37,917 nt of DNA from Oligoflexales bacterium (GTDB taxonomy: Bacteria > Bdellovibrionota_B > Oligoflexia > Oligoflexales > Bog-1112), in contig JBGCDR010000065.1 of assembly GCA_045105515.1 (NCBI GenBank), positions 1 through 37,917 on the forward strand, in the 5' to 3' direction. Every line of letters begins with the position of its first letter. Positions within the stretch are counted from its first letter, which is position 1. Below are positions 28,088 to 37,818 of the stretch, in pieces. The notes below the pieces were generated by a model. That model saw nothing but the letters and a program-made list of their open reading frames with translations, did not search any database and was not told where the DNA came from. Position numbers and translations under genes: made by a program.

Positions 28088-28474
28088 TTGAAAAATTTAG
28101 AACCTGCCACTGAACAGGCTATATTGCAAAATTTCAAAGAATATAGAAATAAACATTCTGAGTTTATTTTTGAAGATGACTCCTCTGACAATCATTATCA
28201 GGAGATCTCAAGTGTAGCTGTAGCGAATGAAATGGCACGTGAAACAAAAATATACCTGCCTGTCGCTGACTCTAGTCATAGAAAGTATCTTGCACCTTTG
28301 ATTGTAGAGAGCAAACGCTTGTTCAGGAAGTTTGCTAGACCATTCTTGAAGGTACTTTTCGTTAGGCAGGAGCGAATGAATGACTTGACAGTTTCTTTAG
28401 CATATGGAGTTGCATCTTTGGAAATGCGTGTGATGAAACTCGAAGAACGGATAAAAAAGGAAGGGAAATCTTGA
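28088..28474 (+). CDS. Small amphipathic/coiled-coil protein of the glycan locus
   Basis: Basic amphipathic segment KRLFRKFARPFL, then Q..MN and heptad repeats; stop overlaps the next start (TTGA). Confidence 0.7.
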   Translation: MKNLEPATEQAILQNFKEYRNKHSEFIFEDDSSDNHYQEISSVAVANEMARETKIYLPVADSSHRKYLAPLIVESKRLFRKFARPFLKVLFVRQERMNDLTVSLAYGVASLEMRVMKLEERIKKEGKS

Positions 28475-29589
28475 TTGAAAACCCCAGAGTCGACCAGATT
28501 CTCCCATCTTTTGGCTATTATGATGCTATTGGAACTGACAACCGTACTATCCGTGAATTGATCCGATCTAAGGGGCTAGAAAGCGATATTTTCGCCGAAG
28601 AGGGGGTCATGCAAGGTGAATGCCGTCACCTATCGGAATATGCACCCTATGCTTCAAAAGGAAATTTGTTAATCCATCACTTCTCAGTAGGGTCACTAGT
28701 TCCATATTATTTGATGGGAGCTGCATCCAGCAAGATCACTCGCTATCACAATATAACTCCATCAAAGTTTTTTCCTTTTCCCCACACAAGTTGCGCTAAA
28801 AGCAAGTGTAAACAGGGGCGAGAGCAGTTCCCATTAATTAGAGACTTAAGTGATTATTATTGGGCGGCTTCGGCATATAACGCTAATGAGCTTGATGATT
28901 ATGGTTTTAGGAATGGTTCAGTTTTGCCATTAATGCGGAATTATAAAAAACTTTTGGAAATCGAACCTTGTAAAAAGATGACAGAGTTTTTACAAAGGGA
29001 CAAGCGTAAGACCATCCTTTTTGTTGGCAGAGTAGTTCCCAATAAAGCCCATCACGATTTATTGTTCTTACTTAAACAATACTATGAGTATGTAGGCAAT
29101 GACGTTCGTTTGGTTTGTGTGGGCAGAATGGACCCTTATTATGGAGGAGTTCTAGTAAAAAAGTTGGCTGTAGAATGGGGTTTACGTACAAGCTTTGAAA
29201 AACCTTTTGGAATTCATTCCGATGTCATATTTACTGGCGCTGTCAACGATCATGAATTAGCTAGTTTTTATCAGCATGCAGACGTATTTACGTGTATGAG
29301 CGATCATGAGGGTTTTTGTGTTCCTCTAGTAGAGGCTATGAATTTTAAGATACCTATCCTAGCTCATAAGGCTGCAGCAGTTCCTGAAACTTTGGGTAAT
29401 GGTGGGCTGCTTGTGGATAAAAATGATCCTGTTGAGACCTTAAATGGGCTGATAAAAATATTGAATGATCATAAAGAAATTGAGAAATACAGTCTTTTAT
29501 CATATAATCGAGCTAAAAATTTTGACTGGGAAAATCTTAAAAATCAATTCTCAGATCACTTGGATAGTGTGCTCAATGATCTAAATTAG
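28471..29589 (+). CDS. Glycosyltransferase family 4 (paralog B)
   Basis: LFVGRVVPNK, EGFCVPLVE (EX7E); colinear with 26716..27846. Confidence 0.92.
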   Translation: MIENPRVDQILPSFGYYDAIGTDNRTIRELIRSKGLESDIFAEEGVMQGECRHLSEYAPYASKGNLLIHHFSVGSLVPYYLMGAASSKITRYHNITPSKFFPFPHTSCAKSKCKQGREQFPLIRDLSDYYWAASAYNANELDDYGFRNGSVLPLMRNYKKLLEIEPCKKMTEFLQRDKRKTILFVGRVVPNKAHHDLLFLLKQYYEYVGNDVRLVCVGRMDPYYGGVLVKKLAVEWGLRTSFEKPFGIHSDVIFTGAVNDHELASFYQHADVFTCMSDHEGFCVPLVEAMNFKIPILAHKAAAVPETLGNGGLLVDKNDPVETLNGLIKILNDHKEIEKYSLLSYNRAKNFDWENLKNQFSDHLDSVLNDLN

Positions 29590-30892
29590 TTCCTTGCACA
29601 ACCTTGGCAGCGCTGTTGCGGTATTTTTCAAGTATTGTAGCCCATCTATAATTTTCATTAACATATTTCCTTCCTTCGTGGCCTAAACTGATTCTCAAAG
29701 CAGGATTTTCAAGCATTAGATGAAGAAATCTTTGAAAATCACTTTCATTGTAGTAGTAAAATCCACCACTTCCTCTAGTGTTGTGTCCTTTTAGTACATC
29801 ACAATTGCCATTCACAAGGGTGGGTGTGTTTAGACTCCATGCTTCAAGAAGAACCATAGATAGGCTTTCGAATAAAGAGGGAATACACACTACTAATGAA
29901 TCCTGAATTAAATGAATTTTTTCCTGATCGGAGACGAATCCAACATGAACTACGTCGTCTCTATTTGGAAGTTCGCAGATTTTTTTTCCAGCAAAGACAA
30001 GGGTGAGATGACCTCCTATTTTTTTATTGAAGTTCACAAAATAGTGGCAAAGATCTAAACATCCTTTTGATTGATCGATTCTTCCTAAGTACAGAATATA
30101 TGGACCCCTAATAGAAAAATTACGGCAACCGAAGTTTTCATAATTTGACCTCTCGCTTCTGGGGTTTACCCCTACCCCGACAAAATCATGAGGTATCTCT
30201 CTGCTATGAGGAAATTCACGGCCTGCGAATTGCATTTCTTCCACCGTATTATATAAAATGAATTTGGGAAGTTTAAAAAAATCCTTAAAGAGATTGAATG
30301 AGATGCATGCTTCCCGGTGCATAGTTGGTACTAGAATGGAGCGATCAGCTACTATTTGTAAGCCAAAATAAGTACTGCAGTAATTTGCTGAAAAAAAGAC
30401 GAAAACATCATAGTCGCGTTTATGCTCATCTATATATGCGAGCATCTCGGAAGAATAAGGACCTTGTAGTTTCATCCAAATGCTTTCAAGTGGATTAATT
30501 AGCTTAGAAACTTCTGATGACAGAATCTCAGGTATTAGAGAGTGCTTAAAACTATTGTTTCTATCAAAAAGATGATCTAAATGCTCATTGGTATCTAGGC
30601 GTATGTCCTCGTTGTGCTTGAAAATATGCAGGCTTACAAGCAAATTGTAGAAACTATTAAATGTATTGATTGGTCGCTCATAGTCTACCTCAAAGCGACG
30701 TGTCTTGACTCCATTGACGTCGCATAAGCCTTTTGTATAGTGATTACTCCAGTGAATGTAATCCAACGCACAACTTGTGAGTATTTCAATATCCCACTCG
30801 TTTTTAAGCCGTTCAGCAATCATCCGACAATGTAATTCTGCGCCACCATTTACCTCAGCTCCATAGCGGGCTACAACAAAGGCAACTTTCAT
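29573..30892 (-). CDS. Glycosyltransferase family 4
   Basis: RYG....GGAE, LYLGRID..KG, ESLSMVLLE (EX7E). Confidence 0.92.
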   Translation of the reverse strand: MKVAFVVARYGAEVNGGAELHCRMIAERLKNEWDIEILTSCALDYIHWSNHYTKGLCDVNGVKTRRFEVDYERPINTFNSFYNLLVSLHIFKHNEDIRLDTNEHLDHLFDRNNSFKHSLIPEILSSEVSKLINPLESIWMKLQGPYSSEMLAYIDEHKRDYDVFVFFSANYCSTYFGLQIVADRSILVPTMHREACISFNLFKDFFKLPKFILYNTVEEMQFAGREFPHSREIPHDFVGVGVNPRSERSNYENFGCRNFSIRGPYILYLGRIDQSKGCLDLCHYFVNFNKKIGGHLTLVFAGKKICELPNRDDVVHVGFVSDQEKIHLIQDSLVVCIPSLFESLSMVLLEAWSLNTPTLVNGNCDVLKGHNTRGSGGFYYYNESDFQRFLHLMLENPALRISLGHEGRKYVNENYRWATILEKYRNSAAKVVQGTNLDH

Positions 30893-33138
30893 AAGGGAGC
30901 TCTATTTTTTGCCGAGTAATCTTGCAAAGAATGTTCGATTTTCGACTGGATATTCCCAGGAATATAAGATTTTAGAACATCGGTATTGATGTTTTGGAGG
31001 TTTTCTCTTGTGGAATTTTTTTGGCAGGCTAGTTTAATTAACGCCACAATTTTATTGAGGTGGTCCATTTCAAGTTTTAGCGTGAAAAAATCTTCAAATA
31101 CTTCTTTAGCAGAGGATAATTTTAAGACAGGTAAGTTATGTGAGCATGCTCCAATACTAAACCATGGCGGTAAGTCTACAGGATTGACTATAAGCATGCA
31201 GTCGCAAACTTGGTAAATGTAGCTTGGAATTGTGAGTGATCGAGAACATTTAAATGTAGAGCAGGATATATTTTCGAAGTTTAAGGTATTAAGTGTATTT
31301 TCATCATCCATTAGTTCGGGGATTAAGATATTGACTTTTGAATCATATCTGTGTGCAAGTTCCCTGAAAATCTTTGTAATAAAAGGAAAATCTCGATTTT
31401 GAAAGTTTGCTAGCAACAGAATATTGATTCCTGCTTTATTGTATATCTCGAATCTTCTTGAGTCACATTCTTCGCGTTGCAGCAAACTTGGAGGAAATAA
31501 ATTAGGACATGACCAATCGTGAGTATCCTTACTGTTAATGGGCAGTAATTTGTTGGATTGAGGTTTAACTTCGTTAAAATTTTGATGTAATAAATTTTTT
31601 TGAACGATATTTGCCTTTAAGTCTTTAATGAGTTTAACACCTTCTTCCCAAACATCTTCGCCGTACCAAACGATCAATGAAGGGGGGAGGGTGGAGCTAT
31701 TTTGTCCGTATATGCTGAGGCTCTGTAATGGCTGGTATGTATCTATGACTTGCGTGTTTTTTGCAAGTATTTGTATTTGCCATTTACCACTTAAGTGCAA
31801 GGCTTGTAAGAATTCTTTTAAATCAACTTGGTCATGTCTATTAAGACTAGATTGAGGAATCACAATCAACACATTGTTCAAATGTTCTAAATGATCATTG
31901 CCAAGCTGAGGAGAAATACTGTTAAAGCATGTTAGATACCGATTCATAACTTCATCCCAATCGGACATTTTTTTTGCATATATCTGTCCCTTCTTCCCCA
32001 TATTTACAATTTCTTGGGGTGAAGTTTCTTCTATTAGCGTAAATACCGATTGGAAGTCTTCCTTGCTGTCCACAAACCAACCTGAAAACCCTGAATCTTT
32101 TAGAGCTTCATAAGTAGCTAAACATTTCTTATGAACAATGACTGGTCTCCCTTCGTACCAAGATTCAAAAATTACTCGTGACAAGCTTTCATTGATACTT
32201 GGATTGATCAAGGCTTTACTATGCGAAAGCAGAAAGCTCTTTAGTTCTTTGTCAACAAGTCCCAAGTCAATGATTTTATTGTTTTCCTTAGGGAGCGGGA
32301 CGCTAGCTGGCCCTGCCAGGATGAGCGAGAGCTTACTTGCAGGGTTTTCATGACAGTACCGATCAAAGCACTCAATAAGAAAGGGTGTGTTTTTTTCCCT
32401 ACATTTTCTTCCAATGTATAGGATGTAGTTATCAGGGAGTGGCTTACTGGGTTGATATTTTTTTGACATGCTAAAATGTTCAATCCCCCCGCCAACAATA
32501 AAAGATTTCTCTTGGATCCAATCTCCATAAATATGCTGAGCAAGCTGAAATTCACCCTTTGAATTAAAAAGGAGTGCCCTGCTCTTAAAAATTCCTTCTA
32601 GAGTTTTCCCTAAATATGCGTAGCATTCGTCGTGTAAACATGGCTGTAAAAGTGCTTTATCCGGTACAGCCTCAATTCCTTTCATAATAATTGGAAATAA
32701 ATATGGTAGAAAAATAAAAAAATCAAAGGAATCCTGTTCTTGTTTTAGATAGGAAATCAGTTTCGGAGAATTGATGTTTTCCTGCCAATAAGTCTGTTCT
32801 TCTTGCTTATTGATAGGGATTAATCCGGGCTTTAGCTGTTTGGTAGGTATAGATAAAAGCTTGCCTACCACCTTATTAAATTGATGAGTGTTCCGCTTTG
32901 AGACAGGGAAACGGATCACATCAATTCCATCTTCCATATGAGCACCAGCTTCATAATAGTTAACATGCCATTTGTGAAGAAAAGATTGAGAGCAAGTGCT
33001 TAAAGCTGTTACTTTACAGCCAATGTTTCTAAGGCGAGTTGCGATTTGCCATGCATACTGTTCGGCACCACCTTTAAGATTTTTACCAAACCATGGAATG
33101 ACGATTCCTATTTTCCAAGTTTTTCCAATTGTTTGCAT
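30889..33138 (-). CDS. Glycosyltransferase family 4 with a degenerate C-terminal domain
   Basis: PWFG....GGAE, LYIGRK, ESLSRVIFE in the first ~410 aa; C-terminal ~330 aa lacks EX7E. Confidence 0.88.
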   Translation of the reverse strand: MQTIGKTWKIGIVIPWFGKNLKGGAEQYAWQIATRLRNIGCKVTALSTCSQSFLHKWHVNYYEAGAHMEDGIDVIRFPVSKRNTHQFNKVVGKLLSIPTKQLKPGLIPINKQEEQTYWQENINSPKLISYLKQEQDSFDFFIFLPYLFPIIMKGIEAVPDKALLQPCLHDECYAYLGKTLEGIFKSRALLFNSKGEFQLAQHIYGDWIQEKSFIVGGGIEHFSMSKKYQPSKPLPDNYILYIGRKCREKNTPFLIECFDRYCHENPASKLSLILAGPASVPLPKENNKIIDLGLVDKELKSFLLSHSKALINPSINESLSRVIFESWYEGRPVIVHKKCLATYEALKDSGFSGWFVDSKEDFQSVFTLIEETSPQEIVNMGKKGQIYAKKMSDWDEVMNRYLTCFNSISPQLGNDHLEHLNNVLIVIPQSSLNRHDQVDLKEFLQALHLSGKWQIQILAKNTQVIDTYQPLQSLSIYGQNSSTLPPSLIVWYGEDVWEEGVKLIKDLKANIVQKNLLHQNFNEVKPQSNKLLPINSKDTHDWSCPNLFPPSLLQREECDSRRFEIYNKAGINILLLANFQNRDFPFITKIFRELAHRYDSKVNILIPELMDDENTLNTLNFENISCSTFKCSRSLTIPSYIYQVCDCMLIVNPVDLPPWFSIGACSHNLPVLKLSSAKEVFEDFFTLKLEMDHLNKIVALIKLACQKNSTRENLQNINTDVLKSYIPGNIQSKIEHSLQDYSAKNRAPL

Positions 33139-33149
33139 AAGTCCTCAAA

Positions 33150-33548
33150 TTACCTAGTGGTCATTGAAAGCCAGTGCTTGAGTCTATATTTCATATAGGG
33201 AACAAAGAGCCCTTTTATCGGTGTGTTTTTTTTTCGTCCTTCGTCCGAATATCTTAGCTGTGCAATCAGAGCAGTTAACCCGTTATTTTTTAGTATTTCT
33301 TGATTTACTTGAGAACCTTGATGATCGGAAGGCCTTTTGAGAATTAGCTCGTATGCAAGATCCACCTGTCTTTTTAACGATATCTCATCATTTATAGATT
33401 TACACAGCTGTAAAAAATCATATGCAATATTGATCCCAGCTCGATTGCGACGGTCAATTAAGCTTGGGAACTTCACTTCTGAAGGCTTGCTTAACTCCTG
33501 ATCAATTTGCTGATCTATTCTAATTTTGTAAGACTTTGCGCCTTCCAT
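33150..33548 (-). CDS. DUF4214-like small protein
   Basis: V..AY..IL.RP.D..G........L.......LI..L..S.EG pattern. Confidence 0.7.
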   Translation of the reverse strand: MEGAKSYKIRIDQQIDQELSKPSEVKFPSLIDRRNRAGINIAYDFLQLCKSINDEISLKRQVDLAYELILKRPSDHQGSQVNQEILKNNGLTALIAQLRYSDEGRKKNTPIKGLFVPYMKYRLKHWLSMTTR

Positions 33549-33573
33549 TACTTATTCCTTGATATGATATCGG

Positions 33574-34809
33574 TTAAGCTTGGCTACCCTGTTGTTTCTC
33601 TAAACAAAATTCGGTGGCCACTAAAGATACCCCTGAGAACTGAAAGTCTGTGCGAGGAATTACTTTGAAACTTAAGATTCTATCTACCCATTGGTAGCAT
33701 TCTGAAGTATGGGTGCTGTCTTGGTGTACCGCAACAGTCAGAGTATATTCTCCTGGGCCAATGTTCATTTTGCAATTAAAATTGAAGCTGGCCTTATCTC
33801 CAACATCATATCTCCCTGTCTTCTGATACATAAGTTTGGTATTGGTTCCAAATATGTCATAGCCGAGCCGGTCTCGAATGAGTATGCCAACTGTAGGGTC
33901 ATGAACTTGACTGGTAAAAAATGCTTCAATTTTTATTTGGCACTCTTGTCCAGCTTCTAATGCCGCTAGATTTCTATTTTGTTTAGTGTTGATTGAAACG
34001 TTTTTGATAAGAACTTTACCATTTCCTGAACTTAGTACATCTTCTGCTTGGCTATTCTTATCTGTTCGCAATGAAAATCCTTCACTCTGTTCGGCAAGTT
34101 TTGCATTGTAGAGCTCGAGGATATCCCGGGAATTACCTATGGATTCTATTCTGCCTTTCTGTAAAAGTGCAATCCGGTCACAAAATATTTTTAGCATCGA
34201 AAGGTCATGAGAGACGAATAATATTGTTGTCCCTCTTTTTTTAAAGGCTTCCATTCTTTTGACACATTTCTGTTGGAAATAGGCATCTCCGACGCTAAGT
34301 GCTTCATCAATAATTAGAATATCCGGCTGAACAGAAGTAGCGAGTGCAAATGCTAGCCGGACATACATCCCAGTGCTATAGGTTCTAATGGGTTTATCAA
34401 AGTAGTCTTCCAGCTCGCAAAAACTTTCGATTTCTCCCATTTTTTCATTGATTTCTACTTCACTCATCCCTAGTAGTCGGCCATTAATTTTAACATTATC
34501 TCTACCGGTAAGTTCTTCGTGAAAACCTGTGCCTAGCTCAAGTAATGCTGCAACCTTACCCTTCAATCCCACATGACCTGTGCTTGGAGCCATAGTACCT
34601 GTAATGATTTTTAGCAGGGTACTCTTTCCAGCTCCATTGAGTCCAACAAGTCCAAACACTTCGCCCTTTGGGATTGAGAGGTTTATATCGCGCAGAGCCC
34701 AAAATTCGCTATGAAGTCTTTTGCGTCCAAATAACATCCACTCCCTGAATCGGTCGCGTTTATCCTTATAAACTTTGAACTTTTTGCTTATGTTGCTGAG
34801 ATTGATCAA
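33574..34809 (-). CDS. wzt: Polysaccharide ABC exporter ATPase with C-terminal carbohydrate-binding domain
   Basis: GLNGAGKST, YSTGM signature, DEALSVGD, VSHD; beta-rich Wzt_C (IRDRLG..IFGTN, GPGEY). Confidence 0.95.
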   Translation of the reverse strand: MINLSNISKKFKVYKDKRDRFREWMLFGRKRLHSEFWALRDINLSIPKGEVFGLVGLNGAGKSTLLKIITGTMAPSTGHVGLKGKVAALLELGTGFHEELTGRDNVKINGRLLGMSEVEINEKMGEIESFCELEDYFDKPIRTYSTGMYVRLAFALATSVQPDILIIDEALSVGDAYFQQKCVKRMEAFKKRGTTILFVSHDLSMLKIFCDRIALLQKGRIESIGNSRDILELYNAKLAEQSEGFSLRTDKNSQAEDVLSSGNGKVLIKNVSINTKQNRNLAALEAGQECQIKIEAFFTSQVHDPTVGILIRDRLGYDIFGTNTKLMYQKTGRYDVGDKASFNFNCKMNIGPGEYTLTVAVHQDSTHTSECYQWVDRILSFKVIPRTDFQFSGVSLVATEFCLEKQQGSQA

Positions 34810-34818
34810 ACTTAGTCC

Positions 34819-35637
34819 TTATATTTCATCTGAGATTTGGTTTTGGAAGTGATTTAAGATGCTCGCCCCCAGCGTATAGAACACCAAAGCCAAAATTCCA
34901 CAAATAATCAGTGAATTTAATTCAGGATACTGCTTTTCAACCAAAATTAGCTGATAAGACCTAACGAAATGATAAAATGGGTTTAGATAAAAAAGATTTC
35001 TATAAATAGCTGGCATTTGTTTGAGGCTATAGACTATGGGGGTAAGCCAAAACCATAGTTGAAATACAATATTCAACATCTGTTGAACATCACGTAAAAA
35101 AACATTAAACACTCCTAATATCATACCTAATCCAGATGCCAGGATCATTTGCAGAAAAATTAAAATAGGGAGTACTAAAATAGAAGATGAAAAACCATGA
35201 CCTGAGAAAAGAATGAGAGCAAAATATAGAGTCATACTAAACAAGAAGATAATGGTAGCCGAACCTGTTGCAATACTTTGAATGATCTCTTTTGGGAATG
35301 CAATTTTTTTTATGAAGTTTGCATTTTCATGGAATTGTGTGCTCCCTCTTAGAATAACTTCCTGGAACGCATTCCAAGGCAGTAGTCCTGCGCAAAGATA
35401 AACTGTGAATTCATAGGGACTAGCAGTTTGACCGCCAAGGCGGATTTTCATCACTTTTGCAAAAACAAGCGTATAAATAGCGATCATTGCAATTGGGTGT
35501 ATGAGATTCCAGTAGCTACCCATCATTGAACCTAGGTAGCGCATTTTAAAATCCCTTTTGATAAGGTCCCAAATGAGCTGCTTGTTTTTCAAATTAGATG
35601 AGATAAAATTGTGTAATATCCTTGCAGGACTCATCAC
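34819..35637 (-). CDS. wzm: Polysaccharide ABC exporter permease
   Basis: RDFKMRY.GS..G..W, IKKIAFP, RDV, WFWLTPIVY, LNP. Confidence 0.95.
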   Translation of the reverse strand: MMSPARILHNFISSNLKNKQLIWDLIKRDFKMRYLGSMMGSYWNLIHPIAMIAIYTLVFAKVMKIRLGGQTASPYEFTVYLCAGLLPWNAFQEVILRGSTQFHENANFIKKIAFPKEIIQSIATGSATIIFLFSMTLYFALILFSGHGFSSSILVLPILIFLQMILASGLGMILGVFNVFLRDVQQMLNIVFQLWFWLTPIVYSLKQMPAIYRNLFYLNPFYHFVRSYQLILVEKQYPELNSLIICGILALVFYTLGASILNHFQNQISDEI

Positions 35638-35960
35638 ATTTTTCTCCTTGCTGTAACAGCTTACAATTAAATCACAATTATCCTATTCTGCAAAGTCTAA
35701 CTACCTAAGTCTTTAGTCGGAAGTGGTTGCTGTAATTTTGCAAGGAAATCTTTGCATTGCTAGCAGTAGACGGCACAATTTTTTAAGCACTTGCTGTCAA
35801 AGGTCTTTTTAACATAGTATAAGTTTGAGAATTCATTAACAAGAACCTGAAACTTTGTTGGAATACATCGATGTGTTCCCCGCAGATTTGGCATTAAATG
35901 TCCTGATTTAGTGGTTTACAGGTGATGGTATCATCCGCGTGGGTGTTTAAGGAGGAAAAC

Positions 35961-37007
35961 TTGGCCCAAAAAAAAGCTTTGGTAACTGGAATTAGGGGAC
36001 AAGATGGAGCATATTTGGCCCAGTTTTTACTAGATCAGGGCTACGAAGTTTTTGGCGGGGATCGAAGAAATTCCGAACAAGTTAATTGGCGGCTTGTTGA
36101 ATTAAATATTCACGATCGGATTAAGTTTCGCTATTTTGATCTGTGTGAATTGACCAACATTATGAACGTGATTGAAACTATTCAGCCTGATGAGATTTAT
36201 AATTTAGGAGCTCAAAGTTTCGTGAGTTCGTCCTTCGAGCAACCAATGGTAACTGCTAATGTAGACGCCCTTGGAGCTTTGCGAATTTTAGAGGCCATAA
36301 GAGTCTTTTCGCCCAAAAGCAAATTTTATCAGGCATCGACTAGTGAAATGTTTGGTAAGGTACGCGAAAGTCCGCAATCAGAGCTGACCCCATTTCACCC
36401 TCGTAGTCCTTATGGAGTCTCAAAACTCTTTGCTCATGGTGCAACAGTAAACTACCGTGAGTCTTATGGTATGTATTGTTGTTCGGGTATTCTGTTTAAC
36501 CATGAGTCTCCACTCAGAGGTGTTGAATTTGTAACAAGAAAAATCACGAGCCATGTGGCTAAGATCAAATATGGCTTAATGGACAAGATTGTACTTGGTA
36601 ACCTTGATGCAAAAAGGGATTGGGGTTATGCCAAGGACTATGTTGAACTGATGTGGAAAATGTTGCAGCAGCCGGAAGCAGATGACTATGTCATTGCAAC
36701 AGGTGAGACTCATACCGTCCGCAAGTTTGTTGAGAAAAGTTTTGCCTGTGCTGGATATGAGCTAGAGTGGCAGGGGCAGGGAGCTAATGAGAAAGGCTAT
36801 GACAAGAAATCTGGTAAGATGCTGGTAGAAGTTTCGCCTGATTTTTATCGCCCTGCGGAAGTAGAATTGCTCCTAGGCAATCCCGATAAAGCCAAACGGC
36901 TGCTAGATTGGGAGCCTAAAGTAGGTTTCAACGAATTAGTGGCAATGATGGTAGAAGCTGACTTGAAGCGAGTGGCTCGAGATAAAAAATTGGGAATTAA
37001 TATTTAA
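35961..37007 (+). CDS. gmd: GDP-mannose 4,6-dehydratase
   Basis: TG..GQDGAYL, QASTSE, PRSPYGVSK, LFNHES, RDWG; AAGGAGG SD with TTG at 35961. Confidence 0.97.
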   Translation: MAQKKALVTGIRGQDGAYLAQFLLDQGYEVFGGDRRNSEQVNWRLVELNIHDRIKFRYFDLCELTNIMNVIETIQPDEIYNLGAQSFVSSSFEQPMVTANVDALGALRILEAIRVFSPKSKFYQASTSEMFGKVRESPQSELTPFHPRSPYGVSKLFAHGATVNYRESYGMYCCSGILFNHESPLRGVEFVTRKITSHVAKIKYGLMDKIVLGNLDAKRDWGYAKDYVELMWKMLQQPEADDYVIATGETHTVRKFVEKSFACAGYELEWQGQGANEKGYDKKSGKMLVEVSPDFYRPAEVELLLGNPDKAKRLLDWEPKVGFNELVAMMVEADLKRVARDKKLGINI

Positions 37008-37039
37008 GTAGTAATATGTTATATGTGAAATTTGGTGCT

Positions 37040-37073
37040 GGCGGTCTCATTTAATGAGCGACCGCCGTTTTTT
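37040..37073 (+). terminator. Rho-independent terminator after gmd
   Basis: GGCGGTC...GACCGCC stem with inner TCATT/AATGA, followed by GTTTTTTG. Confidence 0.8.
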
Positions 37074-37113
37074 GTATCAAGCTCACCGAACCTTTGACAA
37101 ACGGTGAAAAGGA

Positions 37114-37818
37114 ATGGATAAAAAGCTAGTTTCTCTTATCATACCTATTTATAACGAAGAATCTCACCTTGAAGATTTTTGTAGGCAGTTATTTTCTTAT
37201 GAATTTGGCTCTCCTATAGAGTATATCTTTGTTGATGATGGCAGTAGTGATAAAAGTCATTCCATATTGGAGCAATTCAAGGACAAGCCAGGTGTCGTTA
37301 TCCATCACCAGGGGTATAATCAAGGTAAAGGTGCGGCACTATCCAGAGGGATTCAGTTGGCCAAAGGTGGCATAGTAGCCATCCAAGATGCTGATTTTGA
37401 GTATGACCCTAACGATTTGAGACAATTAATAGAAAAAATTCAAAATGACGAGGCCGATGTTGTTTACGGAAGTCGCTTTATGCAACAATCGCCGAAGGTC
37501 CATAGAACGTATCATTACTTGGGCAATCGTATTTTGACTTTACTTTCAAATTTATTAAGTGGCTTATATTTATCAGATATGGAAACCTGTTATAAAGTCT
37601 TTCGCAGTGAAATTATCAAAGGCTTGCACCTTGAGTGTAAAAGATTTGGATTTGAGCCTGAAGTGACTGCAAAACTGGCTACCTTAAAAATTCGAATTCA
37701 TGAATATTCGATTTCTTATAATCCCCGAAACTATTCAGATGGAAAAAAAATAGGTTGGCGAGATGGTGTGGCAGCAATATGGTATATACTGGCAAGACGA
37801 AGATTAAGCTCCCATTAA
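37114..37818 (+). CDS. Glycosyltransferase family 2 (polyprenol-phosphate glycosyltransferase-like)
   Basis: IIPIYNE, VDDGS, NQGKG.A, QDAD, GSRF, DMETCYK, FEPE, GKK. Confidence 0.93.
   Translation: MDKKLVSLIIPIYNEESHLEDFCRQLFSYEFGSPIEYIFVDDGSSDKSHSILEQFKDKPGVVIHHQGYNQGKGAALSRGIQLAKGGIVAIQDADFEYDPNDLRQLIEKIQNDEADVVYGSRFMQQSPKVHRTYHYLGNRILTLLSNLLSGLYLSDMETCYKVFRSEIIKGLHLECKRFGFEPEVTAKLATLKIRIHEYSISYNPRNYSDGKKIGWRDGVAAIWYILARRRLSSH

Noticed and set aside
35638..35960. ops/JUMPstart element at the wzm-gmd divergence
   Set aside because: The best match, AGCAGTAG, deviates from GGCGGTAG.
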